Shown: in pieces, positions 54,013 through 64,000 of the stretch
How the letters are laid out: each line of letters starts with the position of its first letter
Position numbering within the stretch: the stretch's first letter is position 1
Assembly: GCA_030537155.1 (NCBI GenBank)
Contig: JAUNOH010000002.1
Span: 59,816 to 123,815 of the forward strand
From: Bacillota bacterium
GTDB taxonomy: Bacteria > Bacillota_I > Bacilli_A > RFN20 > CAG-826
DNA length: 64,000 bases
Direction: 5' to 3'
Notes under the pieces: generated by a model
The model's database searches: none
What the model saw: the letters and a program-made list of their open reading frames with translations, nothing else
What the model was told of the DNA's origin: nothing
Translations under genes and position numbers: made by a program

Positions 54013-54911
54013 TCTACACCCTGACTTTCTCGCCAGCCATCGATTACGTCATCGACCTCAAGAAATTGGAAATCGGGGCCATCAACCGTTCCGAGTCCGA
54101 GCACATGATGCCGGGAGGAAAGGGCATCAACGTCTCCATCGTCTTGTCTAACCTCGGCAAGGAATCGGTGGCCACCGGCTTCATGGGTGGCTTCACCGGC
54201 GAATATGTAAAAAAGGAACTCAAGGCCAAAAACATCCATAGCGACTTCATCGAGGTCGAGGGCAACACCCGCATCAACGTGAAGATCCGCGGAGAAGAGG
54301 AAACCGCCATCAACGGCCAGGGTCCCCGCATCAGCAAAGATCACATCGAGGCCTTGATCAGCAAATTGGAAAAACTCGGAAAAGGTGACCTCCTCGTTAT
54401 CTCTGGAACCATCCCCTCAAGCCTTCCGGACGACATCTATCAGAGGATTCTCAGCCGGATCGATGGCAATGGGGCCGAGCTGATCGTCGACACCAATAAA
54501 ACCATTCTATTGAATACCCTCAAATACCACCCGCTTTTGGTAAAACCAAACAAGGAGGAGTTGGAGGAGATGTTCGAGACAAAGATCTCCACCGACGGGG
54601 AACTAATCGAAAACGCCGAGAAGCTTCTTAAACTAGGCGCCAAAAACGTCATCGTCTCCCTAGGTGGGGACGGGGCCTTATTGGTGGGGGAGGGCATCTC
54701 TCCCATCCTCCTACCGGCCCCAAAGGGAAAAGTAGTCAATACGGTTGGGGCGGGCGACTCCTTGGTCGCCGGCTTCATCGACGAATATATGAATTCCGGT
54801 AATATCGCGAAAGCCTTCAGAAGGGGCATCGCGACGGGAAGCGCCTCCGCTTTCTCCGAAGGCTTAGCCAGCAAGGAAGAAGTGGAAGCCCTCCTAAATA
54901 AGATGGCTTGA
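54009..54911 (+). CDS. fruK: 1-phosphofructokinase
   Basis: PfkB family. MIYTLTFSPAIDYV N-terminus. GAGDS motif near the C-terminus. ATGA overlap with fruR. Confidence 0.88.
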   Translation: MIYTLTFSPAIDYVIDLKKLEIGAINRSESEHMMPGGKGINVSIVLSNLGKESVATGFMGGFTGEYVKKELKAKNIHSDFIEVEGNTRINVKIRGEEETAINGQGPRISKDHIEALISKLEKLGKGDLLVISGTIPSSLPDDIYQRILSRIDGNGAELIVDTNKTILLNTLKYHPLLVKPNKEELEEMFETKISTDGELIENAEKLLKLGAKNVIVSLGGDGALLVGEGISPILLPAPKGKVVNTVGAGDSLVAGFIDEYMNSGNIAKAFRRGIATGSASAFSEGLASKEEVEALLNKMA

Positions 54912-54926
54912 TAGAAAGGAGCAAAC

Positions 54927-56954
54927 ATGAAGATCACCGATCTGCTATCACAGCAAACCATCTCCATCAGCGCGTCGGCCGCCTCCAAAGAAGACGTAAT
55001 CAGGCAAGCGGTTGCGCTCATCGCCAAATCAGGGGCGATCAGCGACGTGGAAACCTACACCAAAGGCGTCTTCAAAAGAGAGGAGGAATCGACCACCGGC
55101 ATCGGCGAGGGAATCGCCATCCCCCATTGCAAAAGCGACGCGGTCAATAAGCCCGCCCTCGCGGCCATGGTTTTGCCCGATGGAGTCGATTATGCCTCCT
55201 TAGACGGCGAACCCGTGCACCTGCTCTTTCTCATCGCCGCCCCCAATAGCGAGAGCAACGTCCACCTCGAGGTCTTGGCTAGGCTATCTGAGCTATTGAT
55301 GGACGAGAGCTTCAAAGACAAACTCGTAGGCGCCAAAAGCGTCGAGGAATTCCTCAGAGTCATCGACGAGGCCGAAGGAGCGAAAGTCAATGCCGTCGAA
55401 GAGGCCGATTCCGGTTTCCCGAGGGTGCTCGGCGTCACCGGCTGCCCGACGGGCATCGCCCATACCTACATGGCCGAGGAGGCCCTAAAGAAAGCCGCCA
55501 AGGAGATGGGAATCTCCATTAAGGTCGAGACCAACGGCCAAGGTGGCGTTAAGAATCTTCTCACCGATGAGGAAATCGAACATGGCGAGGGCATCGTCGT
55601 CGCGGCTGATGTCGACGTGAATGAGGGCCGTTTCGCTGGCAAAAGGCTGGTGAAAACCGCGGTCGCCAAAGGCATTCATGAACCGAAAGAATTAATCAGC
55701 AAGGCTTTAGACCCCAATACCCCGATCTATAAACCGGGCGAGGCGGCCGTCAAATCATCCGCCGGCGGAAAAGAGAGCGTCGGGCGCACCATCTACCGCC
55801 ATCTCATGTCGGGCGTAAGCCACATGCTCCCCTTCGTCATCGGAGGCGGCATCCTAACTGCCATCGCCTTCTTAATCGATACCATGTGCGGCAACGCCGG
55901 AAGCTCGAGTTTCGGCTCGGTCAACGCGGTCGCGGCCTGGTTTAAATCCATCGGCGGCTTCGCCATGGGCTTCATGCTCTGGGTGTTAGCCGGCTTCATC
56001 GCCCATTCGATCGCCGGAAGGCCGGGCTTGGTCGTCGGCATGGTCGGCGGCTATCTGGCCACTTTGACTGACTTCAATATTCAAGCCTCCATCCAGGGCA
56101 GCGAATATACCCTCACTTCCTCCGCCGGTTTCTTGGGCGCCATCCTCGCCGGCTTCTTAGCGGGCTACATAATCAAGTTGTTGACCCTCTGCTTCCAGTG
56201 GCTACCCAAATCATTGGAGTCGCTTAAATCCATCCTCATCTTCCCGGTCCTCGGCGTCTTGCTAATCGGCTTCGGGATGTGGTTATTAAACACCCCCTTC
56301 ATCTATCTCAACGTCGGCTTCACCAACGCCTTAAATTGGCTAAGCGATAACGGCTTGATCCTCGTCCTCTGCGCCTTGTTGGCCGGCATGATGGCCATCG
56401 ACATGGGCGGTCCGATCAACAAAGCCGCCTACGTCTTCGGCACCGCCATGTTGGCTTCGGCCGCGGCTGGCGAATTGGCCGATCCCAACACCGGCTACAT
56501 GATCATGGCCGCCGTCATGATTGGCGGTATGGTCCCGCCCCTTGGTATCGCCATCTCCTGCCACCTCTTCCCGCAGAAATATTCCAAAGATCAGCGCAAG
56601 GAAGGCTACGTCAACTACATTATGGGCGCCTCCTTCATCACCGAAGGTGCCATCCCCTTTGCCGCCAGCGATCCCTGGAGGGTCATCCTCTCCTCAGTCG
56701 TCGGCTCGGTGGTCGCCGGATTGCTCTGTGGTTTATTCGGCTGCACCCTGATGGCTCCCCATGGCGGCGTCTTCGTCGTCGCCGTCATCGGCAACTGGTA
56801 CTGGTACCTCCTCTCGGTGGTCATCGGCTCCTTCATCACCGCCTTCATGCTGGGCTTATTGAAGAAGGATAATGCCAACCCCGAGCTCGGTAAGTGGAAG
56901 GGACTCCACCTGCTTCCGAAGAAGAAGGAAGAAGAAGCTCCCGAAAGCAAATAA
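54927..56954 (+). CDS. fruA: PTS fructose transporter subunit IIABC
   Basis: EIIA(Fru) with IPHCKSD. EIIB with GVTGCPTGIAHTYMA. Polytopic EIIC. 675 aa. Confidence 0.9.
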   Translation: MKITDLLSQQTISISASAASKEDVIRQAVALIAKSGAISDVETYTKGVFKREEESTTGIGEGIAIPHCKSDAVNKPALAAMVLPDGVDYASLDGEPVHLLFLIAAPNSESNVHLEVLARLSELLMDESFKDKLVGAKSVEEFLRVIDEAEGAKVNAVEEADSGFPRVLGVTGCPTGIAHTYMAEEALKKAAKEMGISIKVETNGQGGVKNLLTDEEIEHGEGIVVAADVDVNEGRFAGKRLVKTAVAKGIHEPKELISKALDPNTPIYKPGEAAVKSSAGGKESVGRTIYRHLMSGVSHMLPFVIGGGILTAIAFLIDTMCGNAGSSSFGSVNAVAAWFKSIGGFAMGFMLWVLAGFIAHSIAGRPGLVVGMVGGYLATLTDFNIQASIQGSEYTLTSSAGFLGAILAGFLAGYIIKLLTLCFQWLPKSLESLKSILIFPVLGVLLIGFGMWLLNTPFIYLNVGFTNALNWLSDNGLILVLCALLAGMMAIDMGGPINKAAYVFGTAMLASAAAGELADPNTGYMIMAAVMIGGMVPPLGIAISCHLFPQKYSKDQRKEGYVNYIMGASFITEGAIPFAASDPWRVILSSVVGSVVAGLLCGLFGCTLMAPHGGVFVVAVIGNWYWYLLSVVIGSFITAFMLGLLKKDNANPELGKWKGLHLLPKKKEEEAPESK

Positions 56955-56975
56955 AAACAAAAGGAGAATAAAACA

Positions 56976-57233
56976 ATGAAAAGCTTCACCTATGTGATCA
57001 CCGACAAAGAGGGCATCCACGCCCGCCCGGCTGGCGAAGTGGTGGCGGTGGCCAAGAAATTCGCCTCCACCGTCAGTATCGAGAACAAGGGCAAGAAGGC
57101 CGACCTGAAGAGGATCTTCGGGGTCATGGCCCTCTGCGTCAAATCCGGCGAAAGCGTCACTATCACCTGCGAGGGGGCCGATGAGGCCGAGGCCGCCGAA
57201 GCCCTCGAGAAGACCTTCAAGGAAAAGCTATAA
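56976..57233 (+). CDS. ptsH: phosphocarrier protein HPr
   Basis: 85 aa. His-15 region GIHARPAG. Confidence 0.9.
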   Translation: MKSFTYVITDKEGIHARPAGEVVAVAKKFASTVSIENKGKKADLKRIFGVMALCVKSGESVTITCEGADEAEAAEALEKTFKEKL

Positions 57234-57235
57234 CC

Positions 57236-58882
57236 ATGAACGCGTATAAAGGCACCCGCGTCTTCGAGGGATATGCCCTCGGGAAGCTGGCCGTCTACGC
57301 TAAACCGCCCGAGGTCAAAAAGGAGGAGGGCAAGGGGAGCGAGCACGAATTCAAGCGCTTCGTGAAAGCGCGTGAGGAGACCGTGGCCGCCCTCGATACC
57401 TCCTTTATGGAGACCCTCTCCAAACTCGGGCAGGAGGAGGCCCAGCTATTCGCCACCCATAAGCTCATGGCCGAAGACCTCGACTTCGAGGATTTGGTCC
57501 GGGAGGGGGTGGAGGCCGGCTCCTCGGCCGAATACGCCGTAAAGCAGGCCGGCGAGCAATTATCGTCGATGTTCTCCTCGATGGATGACGCCTACATGAA
57601 GGAGAGGGCAAACGACGTCAAGGAGGTGGCGATGCGCATCATCTCCGCCCTCCGCAAGGACACCGAATCATTCAGTCTGAGTGAACCCTCCATCATCATC
57701 TGCGACGACCTTCCCTCCAGCGAATTGATGAAGCTGGACAAGAAGATGATCCTCGGGATTATCTTCGTTAAAGGCGGGAGCAATAGCCACGTCGCCATCC
57801 TCACTAGGATGCTGGAGATCCCAGCCCTCTGCGACATCGATAACCTCGAGGTCAAGAAGGGGCTAAACGGCACCTTCGCAATTCTAGATGCCGCCAAAGG
57901 GGATTTGATCCTCTCCCCCGGCATGAAGACGGTCACCCAATACTCCAAGAAAAAGAAGGAGTATGAGGACAATAAGGCCCGCCTTCAGGAGTTCCGGGGC
58001 AAGAAGACCCTGACCAAAGACGGCCGCGAGACCAAGATCTACTCCAACATCGCCTCCTCCTTCGAGGTCGAAAACGCGATCAGGAACGACGCCGAGGGCA
58101 TCGGCTTATTCCGGAGCGAATTCATCTACCTCGAAAGCAAGGACTACCCCACCGAGGAGGAGCAGTTCGTCCACTATAAACGCGTGGTCGAGGCCATGAA
58201 GGGGAAGCAGGTCATCATCCGCACCCTCGACATCGGGGCCGATAAGAAGATCGACTACTTCGACCTCCCCGATGAGGAAAACCCGGCCTTGGGTTTCCGT
58301 TCGATCAGGATCTGCAAGGAAAGACCCGAGATATTCGCCGCCCAACTGTGTGCCCTTTATCGGGCCTCGGTATACGGCAACCTCGCCGTCATGGTCCCGA
58401 TGATCATCTCCGGGAGTGAGGTTAAATTCGTCCACGAGATGGCTAAGCTCGCCCAGGAGAACCTCTCCGTCCGAGGCATACCCTTCAACAAGGATATGAA
58501 AATCGGCATCATGGTCGAGACCCCGGCGGCCGCCATCATGAGCGACCTCCTGGCCAAAGATGTCGACTTCTTCTCGATCGGCACCAACGACCTCAGCCAG
58601 TACACCCTGGCCATCGATAGGGTCAATCCGAGGATATCCAGTTGCTTCAACCCCCATCACAAGGCCATCTGCCGACTGATCAAACTCTCGACCGAAAACG
58701 CCCATAAGGCCGGTATCCCCATCGGCATATGCGGCGAATTGGCCAGGGACGAGGAGCTATTGCCCTTCTTCCTGAAAATCGGGGTCGACGAATTGTCGGT
58801 CTCCCCGGCCTACGTCTTATCCTTGAGGGAGCAGATTTCCAAGATCGATACCCGCGAGGTCGACGTCGAAAAATACATCTGA
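57236..58882 (+). CDS. ptsI: phosphoenolpyruvate-protein phosphotransferase (PTS enzyme I)
   Basis: GGSNSHVAIL phospho-His motif. PEP-utilising C-terminal TIM-barrel motifs. 548 aa. Confidence 0.92.
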   Translation: MNAYKGTRVFEGYALGKLAVYAKPPEVKKEEGKGSEHEFKRFVKAREETVAALDTSFMETLSKLGQEEAQLFATHKLMAEDLDFEDLVREGVEAGSSAEYAVKQAGEQLSSMFSSMDDAYMKERANDVKEVAMRIISALRKDTESFSLSEPSIIICDDLPSSELMKLDKKMILGIIFVKGGSNSHVAILTRMLEIPALCDIDNLEVKKGLNGTFAILDAAKGDLILSPGMKTVTQYSKKKKEYEDNKARLQEFRGKKTLTKDGRETKIYSNIASSFEVENAIRNDAEGIGLFRSEFIYLESKDYPTEEEQFVHYKRVVEAMKGKQVIIRTLDIGADKKIDYFDLPDEENPALGFRSIRICKERPEIFAAQLCALYRASVYGNLAVMVPMIISGSEVKFVHEMAKLAQENLSVRGIPFNKDMKIGIMVETPAAAIMSDLLAKDVDFFSIGTNDLSQYTLAIDRVNPRISSCFNPHHKAICRLIKLSTENAHKAGIPIGICGELARDEELLPFFLKIGVDELSVSPAYVLSLREQISKIDTREVDVEKYI

Positions 58883-58888
58883 TATGAA

Positions 58889-58917
58889 AGCCGTCTCTTT
58901 TGCGGAGGCGGCTTTTA
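58889..58917 (+). terminator. rho-independent terminator after ptsI
   Basis: AGCCGTCTC-ttttgcg-GAGGCGGCT hairpin followed by TTT. Confidence 0.55.
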
Positions 58918-59078
58918 TCAAAGATAAAAACCCTTTGACCGATATACCGGTAAAGCCCTTGGAAGCGCTTTTTGTAGGTAATTCGGTAAAAGAATACCAA
59001 AACCATTTATTTATGCACCGGCAACGCGTATAGTTTCGTCCGGTAAAAGAATACCGAATGAGTGAAAGGAACAAGAAA

Positions 59079-61718
59079 ATGCCTTCCAAAGTATTGAGTG
59101 AAGAAGAAAAGCTCCGCAAGAAACAAGAAGCGGAGGCGGAAGTGGATGAACTCGTCAAAAACGGCTTAAAGGCCCTCGAAGAATTCGCCGACTTCGACCA
59201 GGAGAAAATCGACTACATCGTCGCCAAAATGTCGGTCGCCGGTTTGGACCAGCACGGCGTGTTGGCTAAGTTAGCCATCGAAGAGACCAAGCGTGGCGTC
59301 TTTGAGGATAAAGCCACGAAGAACCTCTTCGCCTGCGAATACATCGTCAACAACATGCGCCACACCAAGACCGTCGGCGTCATCTCCGAGGATCCCGTCA
59401 CCGGCATCACCGAGATCGCCGAGCCCCTAGGCGTCATCGCCGGTGTCACCCCGGTCACCAACCCGACCTCGACCGTCATCTTCAAGTCGTTGATCGCCAT
59501 CAAGACCAGGAACCCGATCATCTTCGGCTTCCACCCCTTTGCCCAGCAGTGCTCCAAAGCCGCCGCCGTGGTCATGAAGGAAGCCGCTGAAGCGGCCGGC
59601 GCCCCCAAAAACTGCATCCAGTGGATCGAGCACCCCTCGATGGACGCCACCACGGCCCTTATGCATCACCCCGGCATCGCCACCATCTTGGCCACCGGCG
59701 GTAATGCTATGGTCGAGGCCGCCTATTCCTGCGGCAAACCGGCGCTCGGCGTCGGGGCCGGTAACGTCCCGGTCTATTTAGACTCCTCCGCCGAAATCAG
59801 GCGCTCGGTCAACGACATCTGCCTCTCCAAGGCCTTCGATAACGGCATGATCTGCGCCTCCGAATCGGCCGTCTTCATCCATCAGGATGTCTACGACGAG
59901 ATCATCAAGACCTTCAAGGAATACCGCGTTTATTTCGCCACCCCGGCCGAGGCCCGCAAGCTCGAGAAATTCATGTTCGGCGTCGTTAAGGGCGAGGAGA
60001 ACGTCGACCAGGCCCGTTTGAATTCGGCCGTGGCCGGCATGTCGGCCGCCGACATCGCCAAAAACTCCGGCTTCTCCATCCCTGAGGGCGCCCAGATCAT
60101 TGCCGTGCTTTGCGACGAGGTCGGCCCCAGCGAGCCGCTCTCCCGCGAGAAGCTGTCTCCCGTGCTCTCCATCTACAAGGTCAAAGACGCCAAGGAAGGC
60201 TTCGACATGTGCGAGAAGATGCTCGAATTCGGTGGCTTGGGCCACTCGGCGGGCATCCACTGCCACGATCAGAAGATGGCTGATGAGTTCGGTCACTTCG
60301 TCAAGGCCATCCGCATCATCTGGAACTCCCCGACCACCTTTGGTGGTATCGGTAACGTCTATAACTCCTTTATTCCCTCGCTTACCCTGGGCTGCGGCTC
60401 CTATGGCCACAACTCCGTCGCCGGGAACACCTCGGCCATCAACCTAATCAACATCAAGCGCGTCGGCAAAAGGAGAAACACCATGCAGTGGTTCAAAGTA
60501 CCCCAGAAGATTTATTTCGAGAGGAATTCCATCCAATACCTCCGCTCCGCCAAAGATGTCGGCCGCGTCTTCATCGTCACCGACCACTCGATGGTTGAGC
60601 TGGGCTTCCTAAACAAGATCATCGATGAGTTGGACGCCCGCCGTAACCCGGTCACCTATCAGCTATTCGCCGAGGTCGAACCGGATCCGGATATCACCAC
60701 CATCCAAAAAGGCGTCGAATTGATGAGGCAGTTCCAGCCCGACACCATCATCGCCTTGGGCGGCGGCTCCCCGATGGATGCCGCCAAGGGCATGTGGATC
60801 TTCTATGAGCATCCCGAAGTCAACTTCGATGACCTCAAACAGAAGTTCATGGACATTAGGAAGAGGGCCTTTAAATACCCCGAATTGGGCAGGAAGAGCA
60901 AGCTCATCTGCATCCCGACCACCTCCGGCACCGGCAGCGAAGTCACCCCCTTCGCCGTCGTCTCGGACAAGAAGAACAACAAGAAGTACCCGTTGACCGA
61001 CTACTCCTTGACCCCCTCGATCGCCATCGTCGATCCGGAGTTCACTACCAACCTCCCGCCTAGGGCCACCGCCTATCCGGGCATGGACGTGCTGACGCAC
61101 GCCATCGAGGCCTATACCTCGGTCATGGCCAGCGACTACACCGACGGCTTGGCCTTACAAGCCATCGAGTTGGTCTTCAAATATCTCCCCCGCGCGGTCA
61201 AAAACGGCAAGAACGACCTAAAGGCCCGCGAGAAGATGCATAACGCCGCGACCATCGCCGGCATGGCCTTCGCCAACGCCTTCCTGGGCATCGCCCACTC
61301 CTTAGCCCACAAGATCGGCGCCGAATTCCACACCATCCACGGTCAGACCTGCGCCATCTTGCTTCCGCACGTCATCAAATACAACGGCACCCAGCCGACC
61401 AAACTCTCGGTCTGGCCGAAGTATGAGGAATATTGCTGCGACGAGAAATACGCCCGCATCTGCAAGACGATGGATTGGGAGTGCAAGGACAAGAGCGAGG
61501 CCAAAGACGTCTTGGCCGCCCACGTCCTCGAACTAGGCAAGGAGATCGGCCTCGACATGAACCTTTGCTCCGTCATCCCCGACGAGAAGGCCTTCAACGA
61601 CAAGCTCGAGAGCCTAGCCTATCTGGCCTATGAGGATCAGTGCACCCCCTGCAACCCGAGGGAACCCCTGATCCCCGACATGATTCAAATCATGAAGGAC
61701 GCCTACAAAGGCAACTAA
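59079..61718 (+). CDS. adhE: bifunctional acetaldehyde-CoA / alcohol dehydrogenase
   Basis: N-terminal ALDH domain and C-terminal Fe-ADH domain. About 880 aa. Start placed at ATG 59079, which has an AAAGGAA RBS. The ORF-track start is 59058. Confidence 0.92.
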   Translation: MPSKVLSEEEKLRKKQEAEAEVDELVKNGLKALEEFADFDQEKIDYIVAKMSVAGLDQHGVLAKLAIEETKRGVFEDKATKNLFACEYIVNNMRHTKTVGVISEDPVTGITEIAEPLGVIAGVTPVTNPTSTVIFKSLIAIKTRNPIIFGFHPFAQQCSKAAAVVMKEAAEAAGAPKNCIQWIEHPSMDATTALMHHPGIATILATGGNAMVEAAYSCGKPALGVGAGNVPVYLDSSAEIRRSVNDICLSKAFDNGMICASESAVFIHQDVYDEIIKTFKEYRVYFATPAEARKLEKFMFGVVKGEENVDQARLNSAVAGMSAADIAKNSGFSIPEGAQIIAVLCDEVGPSEPLSREKLSPVLSIYKVKDAKEGFDMCEKMLEFGGLGHSAGIHCHDQKMADEFGHFVKAIRIIWNSPTTFGGIGNVYNSFIPSLTLGCGSYGHNSVAGNTSAINLINIKRVGKRRNTMQWFKVPQKIYFERNSIQYLRSAKDVGRVFIVTDHSMVELGFLNKIIDELDARRNPVTYQLFAEVEPDPDITTIQKGVELMRQFQPDTIIALGGGSPMDAAKGMWIFYEHPEVNFDDLKQKFMDIRKRAFKYPELGRKSKLICIPTTSGTGSEVTPFAVVSDKKNNKKYPLTDYSLTPSIAIVDPEFTTNLPPRATAYPGMDVLTHAIEAYTSVMASDYTDGLALQAIELVFKYLPRAVKNGKNDLKAREKMHNAATIAGMAFANAFLGIAHSLAHKIGAEFHTIHGQTCAILLPHVIKYNGTQPTKLSVWPKYEEYCCDEKYARICKTMDWECKDKSEAKDVLAAHVLELGKEIGLDMNLCSVIPDEKAFNDKLESLAYLAYEDQCTPCNPREPLIPDMIQIMKDAYKGN

Positions 61719-61737
61719 AAAGCCAAAAGCGAAATAG

Positions 61738-61773
61738 CCCCTGTCCCGATTAAACGGACGGGGGGCTTTTTAT
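61738..61773 (+). terminator. rho-independent terminator after adhE
   Basis: GCCCCTGTCC-cgattaaac-GGACGGGGGGC hairpin followed by TTTTT. Confidence 0.6.
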
Positions 61774-61905
61774 TGCGGCAAAAGCACAAAACAAACGGAA
61801 TGATTCCTTAAAAACCCAGTGGTAATCGGCACTCCGACTAATTCGACAATGGAATGTCAAAACAGTCGAAACTAGTTTATAATATATCCGACGAATGGAG
61901 AGAAT

Positions 61906-63159
61906 ATGCCTTATATCACCAGAGACATCGAGAACAAATTGAAAGAGGCGGCGAAGCAATTCGCTTCCATAACGATTTATGGGCCCAGACAAGTCGGGAA
62001 ATCCACCGTCGTCAAACGCCTCTTCCATGATGTTCCATCCATCAGCATGGATAACTTGGAATTACGAAACTACGCCTTAAAGGATCCCTCCGGTTTCGTC
62101 AGAAGCCTGGAGACCCCCATATTGATAGATGAGATACAAAAGGCCCCTGAATTATTGGAGGGCATTAAAGAAATCATCGACAAAAAGAAGCTCGAATGGC
62201 TGGAACAGGGGGAGGATGTAAAACTTCTCTATATCCTATCAGGCAGCAATCAATTCGAACTTCAGGAGGCGATATCCGAGTCGTTGGCCGGAAGGACGTG
62301 CGTCTTCAATCTCTCATCCCTTTCCTATAACGAGATTGTGAGGAGGGGTTCATCCGCCCCCTTTTCGCCCTCAATTGAGGTTTTACAAAGAAAGGCGGCC
62401 AACCTTGGGGAGACTCGTTCGAGGAGGGAGATATTCTCTTCCATCTTCCTAGGGGGGATGCCCGAATACATCGACAGGTCGCCTGACAGGGATATGTTTT
62501 TCTCATCCTACATATCCACCTACTTAGAGAAAGACGTCAGAAAGTTGGTTGAGGCCGATAAAATCACCGTCTTCCTGGACTTCATGAAATACGTCGCCTT
62601 GAGGAGCGCCTGCCAGATAAATTTTTCCGAAATCGCCAGGAGCATCGGAATCGACGCCAGGACCGTTAAGTCTTGGCTATCGATATTGGAGACCAGCGGG
62701 ATCATCAAGCAGATAACCCCGTATTACAAAAACCTATCCGATCGGATAACGAAGGCGAACAAACTCTATTTTATGGATACCGGGTTATGTGCCTATTTAT
62801 GCGGCATACCCTCCAGCGAGATTTTGGAAAGAAGCGCTTTTGCCGGAGCCTTCTATGAGACATATGTGGTGAGTGAGATAATCAAATCTTTCTATAACGG
62901 ATATAAAAGCGCCGACTGCATTTATTATTATCGGGACAAAGACCAAAAGGAGGTCGATCTCGTGATAGAGGAGTTCGATTCCGTCTATCCCATCGAAATA
63001 AAAAAGGGAGTCGGCAGCGTCTCCAGCAAAAAGAACTTCTCCTTCCTAAACAAATACGGGAAGAAGGTCAACGTTGGTTTAGTGATAGATTCCTCTGAGA
63101 GATTAATGCGGCTAAACGACGAGGCCTATATTTGCCCGATTGACACGATAGGTCTTTAG
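61906..63159 (+). CDS. AAA_14 / DUF4143-family ATPase, paralog 3
   Basis: Walker A GPRQVGKS. Walker B ILIDEIQ. DUF4143-like C-terminus. 417 aa. Confidence 0.8.
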   Translation: MPYITRDIENKLKEAAKQFASITIYGPRQVGKSTVVKRLFHDVPSISMDNLELRNYALKDPSGFVRSLETPILIDEIQKAPELLEGIKEIIDKKKLEWLEQGEDVKLLYILSGSNQFELQEAISESLAGRTCVFNLSSLSYNEIVRRGSSAPFSPSIEVLQRKAANLGETRSRREIFSSIFLGGMPEYIDRSPDRDMFFSSYISTYLEKDVRKLVEADKITVFLDFMKYVALRSACQINFSEIARSIGIDARTVKSWLSILETSGIIKQITPYYKNLSDRITKANKLYFMDTGLCAYLCGIPSSEILERSAFAGAFYETYVVSEIIKSFYNGYKSADCIYYYRDKDQKEVDLVIEEFDSVYPIEIKKGVGSVSSKKNFSFLNKYGKKVNVGLVIDSSERLMRLNDEAYICPIDTIGL

Positions 63160-63162
63160 GAT

Positions 63163-63762
63163 TTAGCGATAAGGCACTTCGTATGGGTCAAGCTCAAACG
63201 TCATTTTTCTTTTGACGGCCACCGCGATTGTATATCCGTTAAATGTAGTCGTTTTGACGGAATAGTTTTTGCCGAGATATCTGACTAATCCCTCTTCTTC
63301 CGGGATGGCCTTGAAGTCTCCGACCATGCCTTTTCCTTCGGCTTTGGCGATGGCCTCCTTTATACACCACCGACGTCGATTTTCCGAATCATCATTGGAG
63401 ACGGTTTTAAAACACTTTTCCAAGACGCTTGGGCTGATTTTCCTTTCGCCTTCGATATCCAATCCAACGGGATAGGCAGAGAAGACGATTCCGACGTAAT
63501 CGCCGGCATGGGAAATCGAGAAGCATGGCCCCCCGTCGAGATATGGCTTCCCATACTCATTGATATGGATTTCCCTATCGTGAAAGTAACCGCGGAGCAA
63601 ATACCCGGCCGCGATGCTCCTAAGGCGTTCTTGGGGATCGATTTGCCGGAGGGCCTTTTCCCGCCTCTGCTCCGAAAGCAGGGGCAAAATCTCATCCTCT
63701 TTGCCTTCGATGTTCCTAATGTCGAATAGCCATACTTTCATAGGCAATATGATAGCAAACAA
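63163..63762 (-). CDS. 4'-phosphopantetheinyl transferase (Sfp/EntD type)
   Basis: Motifs GKPYL, FSISHAGDYVG, VGLDIEGE and WCIKEAIAKAEGKG. Start is uncertain (63762 or internal MKVWLFD). Confidence 0.78.
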   Translation of the reverse strand: MFAIILPMKVWLFDIRNIEGKEDEILPLLSEQRREKALRQIDPQERLRSIAAGYLLRGYFHDREIHINEYGKPYLDGGPCFSISHAGDYVGIVFSAYPVGLDIEGERKISPSVLEKCFKTVSNDDSENRRRWCIKEAIAKAEGKGMVGDFKAIPEEEGLVRYLGKNYSVKTTTFNGYTIAVAVKRKMTFELDPYEVPYR

Positions 63763-63828
63763 TTGTCGCCCACTTAGGTGAAACTCCTTTATTTTCGGTG
63801 TTAGTTAAACTAAACTAACGCCGTTTTA

Positions 63829-64000
63829 TGGAAAACGAAGAGAAGAATAACGAAGTTGAAACCCAGCAGGAGCAGGGTTGGGAAGACGCCCGAAGCGTCG
63901 ATAAGGGCACGAAAGAGAAATACTTTCAGGTCCGGGACATCGTCTTTTTGGCCATATGCGCCGCGGCGGCTCTCCTATTCTCGGCCGTGATGCCCTTGGT
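63829..64000 (+). CDS. hypothetical membrane protein (N-terminal 57 aa; runs off the window end)
   Basis: ATG 63829. MENEEKNNEVETQQEQGWEDARSVDKGTKEKYFQVRDIVFLAICAAAALLFSAVMPL. Acidic N-terminus followed by a TM helix. Confidence 0.45.

Noticed and set aside
1-64000. Window-wide check for a non-standard genetic code (UGA=Trp), prompted by the Mollicute-like compact synteny.
   Set aside because: Long genes such as mfd, ftsH, adhE and dnaB are intact under the standard code with TGA used as a stop (e.g. the lysS and gdpP stops). Code 11 applies.

Overview
The window is from a roughly 55% GC chromosome with Bacillus-like core synteny and the standard genetic code. No rRNA, tRNA, CRISPR, transposase or integrase was found. 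The only RNA gene is a tmRNA (ssrA).

Core genes, left to right: ppdK (partial, minus strand), an FGGY sugar kinase, a Cof-type HAD hydrolase, TetR plus a DUF368-like membrane protein, a flavodoxin-like protein, pth-mfd, an S4 protein, ftsH, an FMN reductase, a tRNA-dihydrouridine synthase, a heterodimeric ABC exporter pair, a UDG-superfamily glycosylase, a GtrA-like protein, lysS (with a fused C-terminal tRNA-binding domain), and rpsF-ssb-rpsR-gdpP-rplI-dnaB-MBL hydrolase-rlmH.

An accessory stretch follows, from about 29 to 49 kb. It holds three paralogous DUF4143/AAA_14 ATPases, each preceded by its own direct repeats, a second HAD hydrolase, orphan membrane proteins, ssrA with its promoter and terminator, a TetR divergent from a frameshifted small membrane-protein gene, and a four-gene cluster.

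The cluster (37416-44478) encodes three Thr/Ser/Tyr-rich proteins whose N-termini carry TasA/camelysin-type (SipW-cognate) signal peptides. It ends in a SipW-type (Ser/His) signal peptidase with an extra N-terminal TM segment and a roughly 550-aa C-terminal tail built of three tandem repeats of about 180 aa. This is the most novel system in the window. It is followed by an FtsX-type permease gene broken by two frameshifts, then a lipoprotein / alpha-beta hydrolase operon.

The right end is a sugar and fermentation block: LysR, Fe-alcohol dehydrogenase, a membrane-anchored dual-HTH XRE regulator, fruR-fruK-fruA with a consensus cre, ptsH-ptsI, adhE, a third DUF4143 ATPase, an Sfp-type phosphopantetheinyl transferase, and a partial membrane protein.
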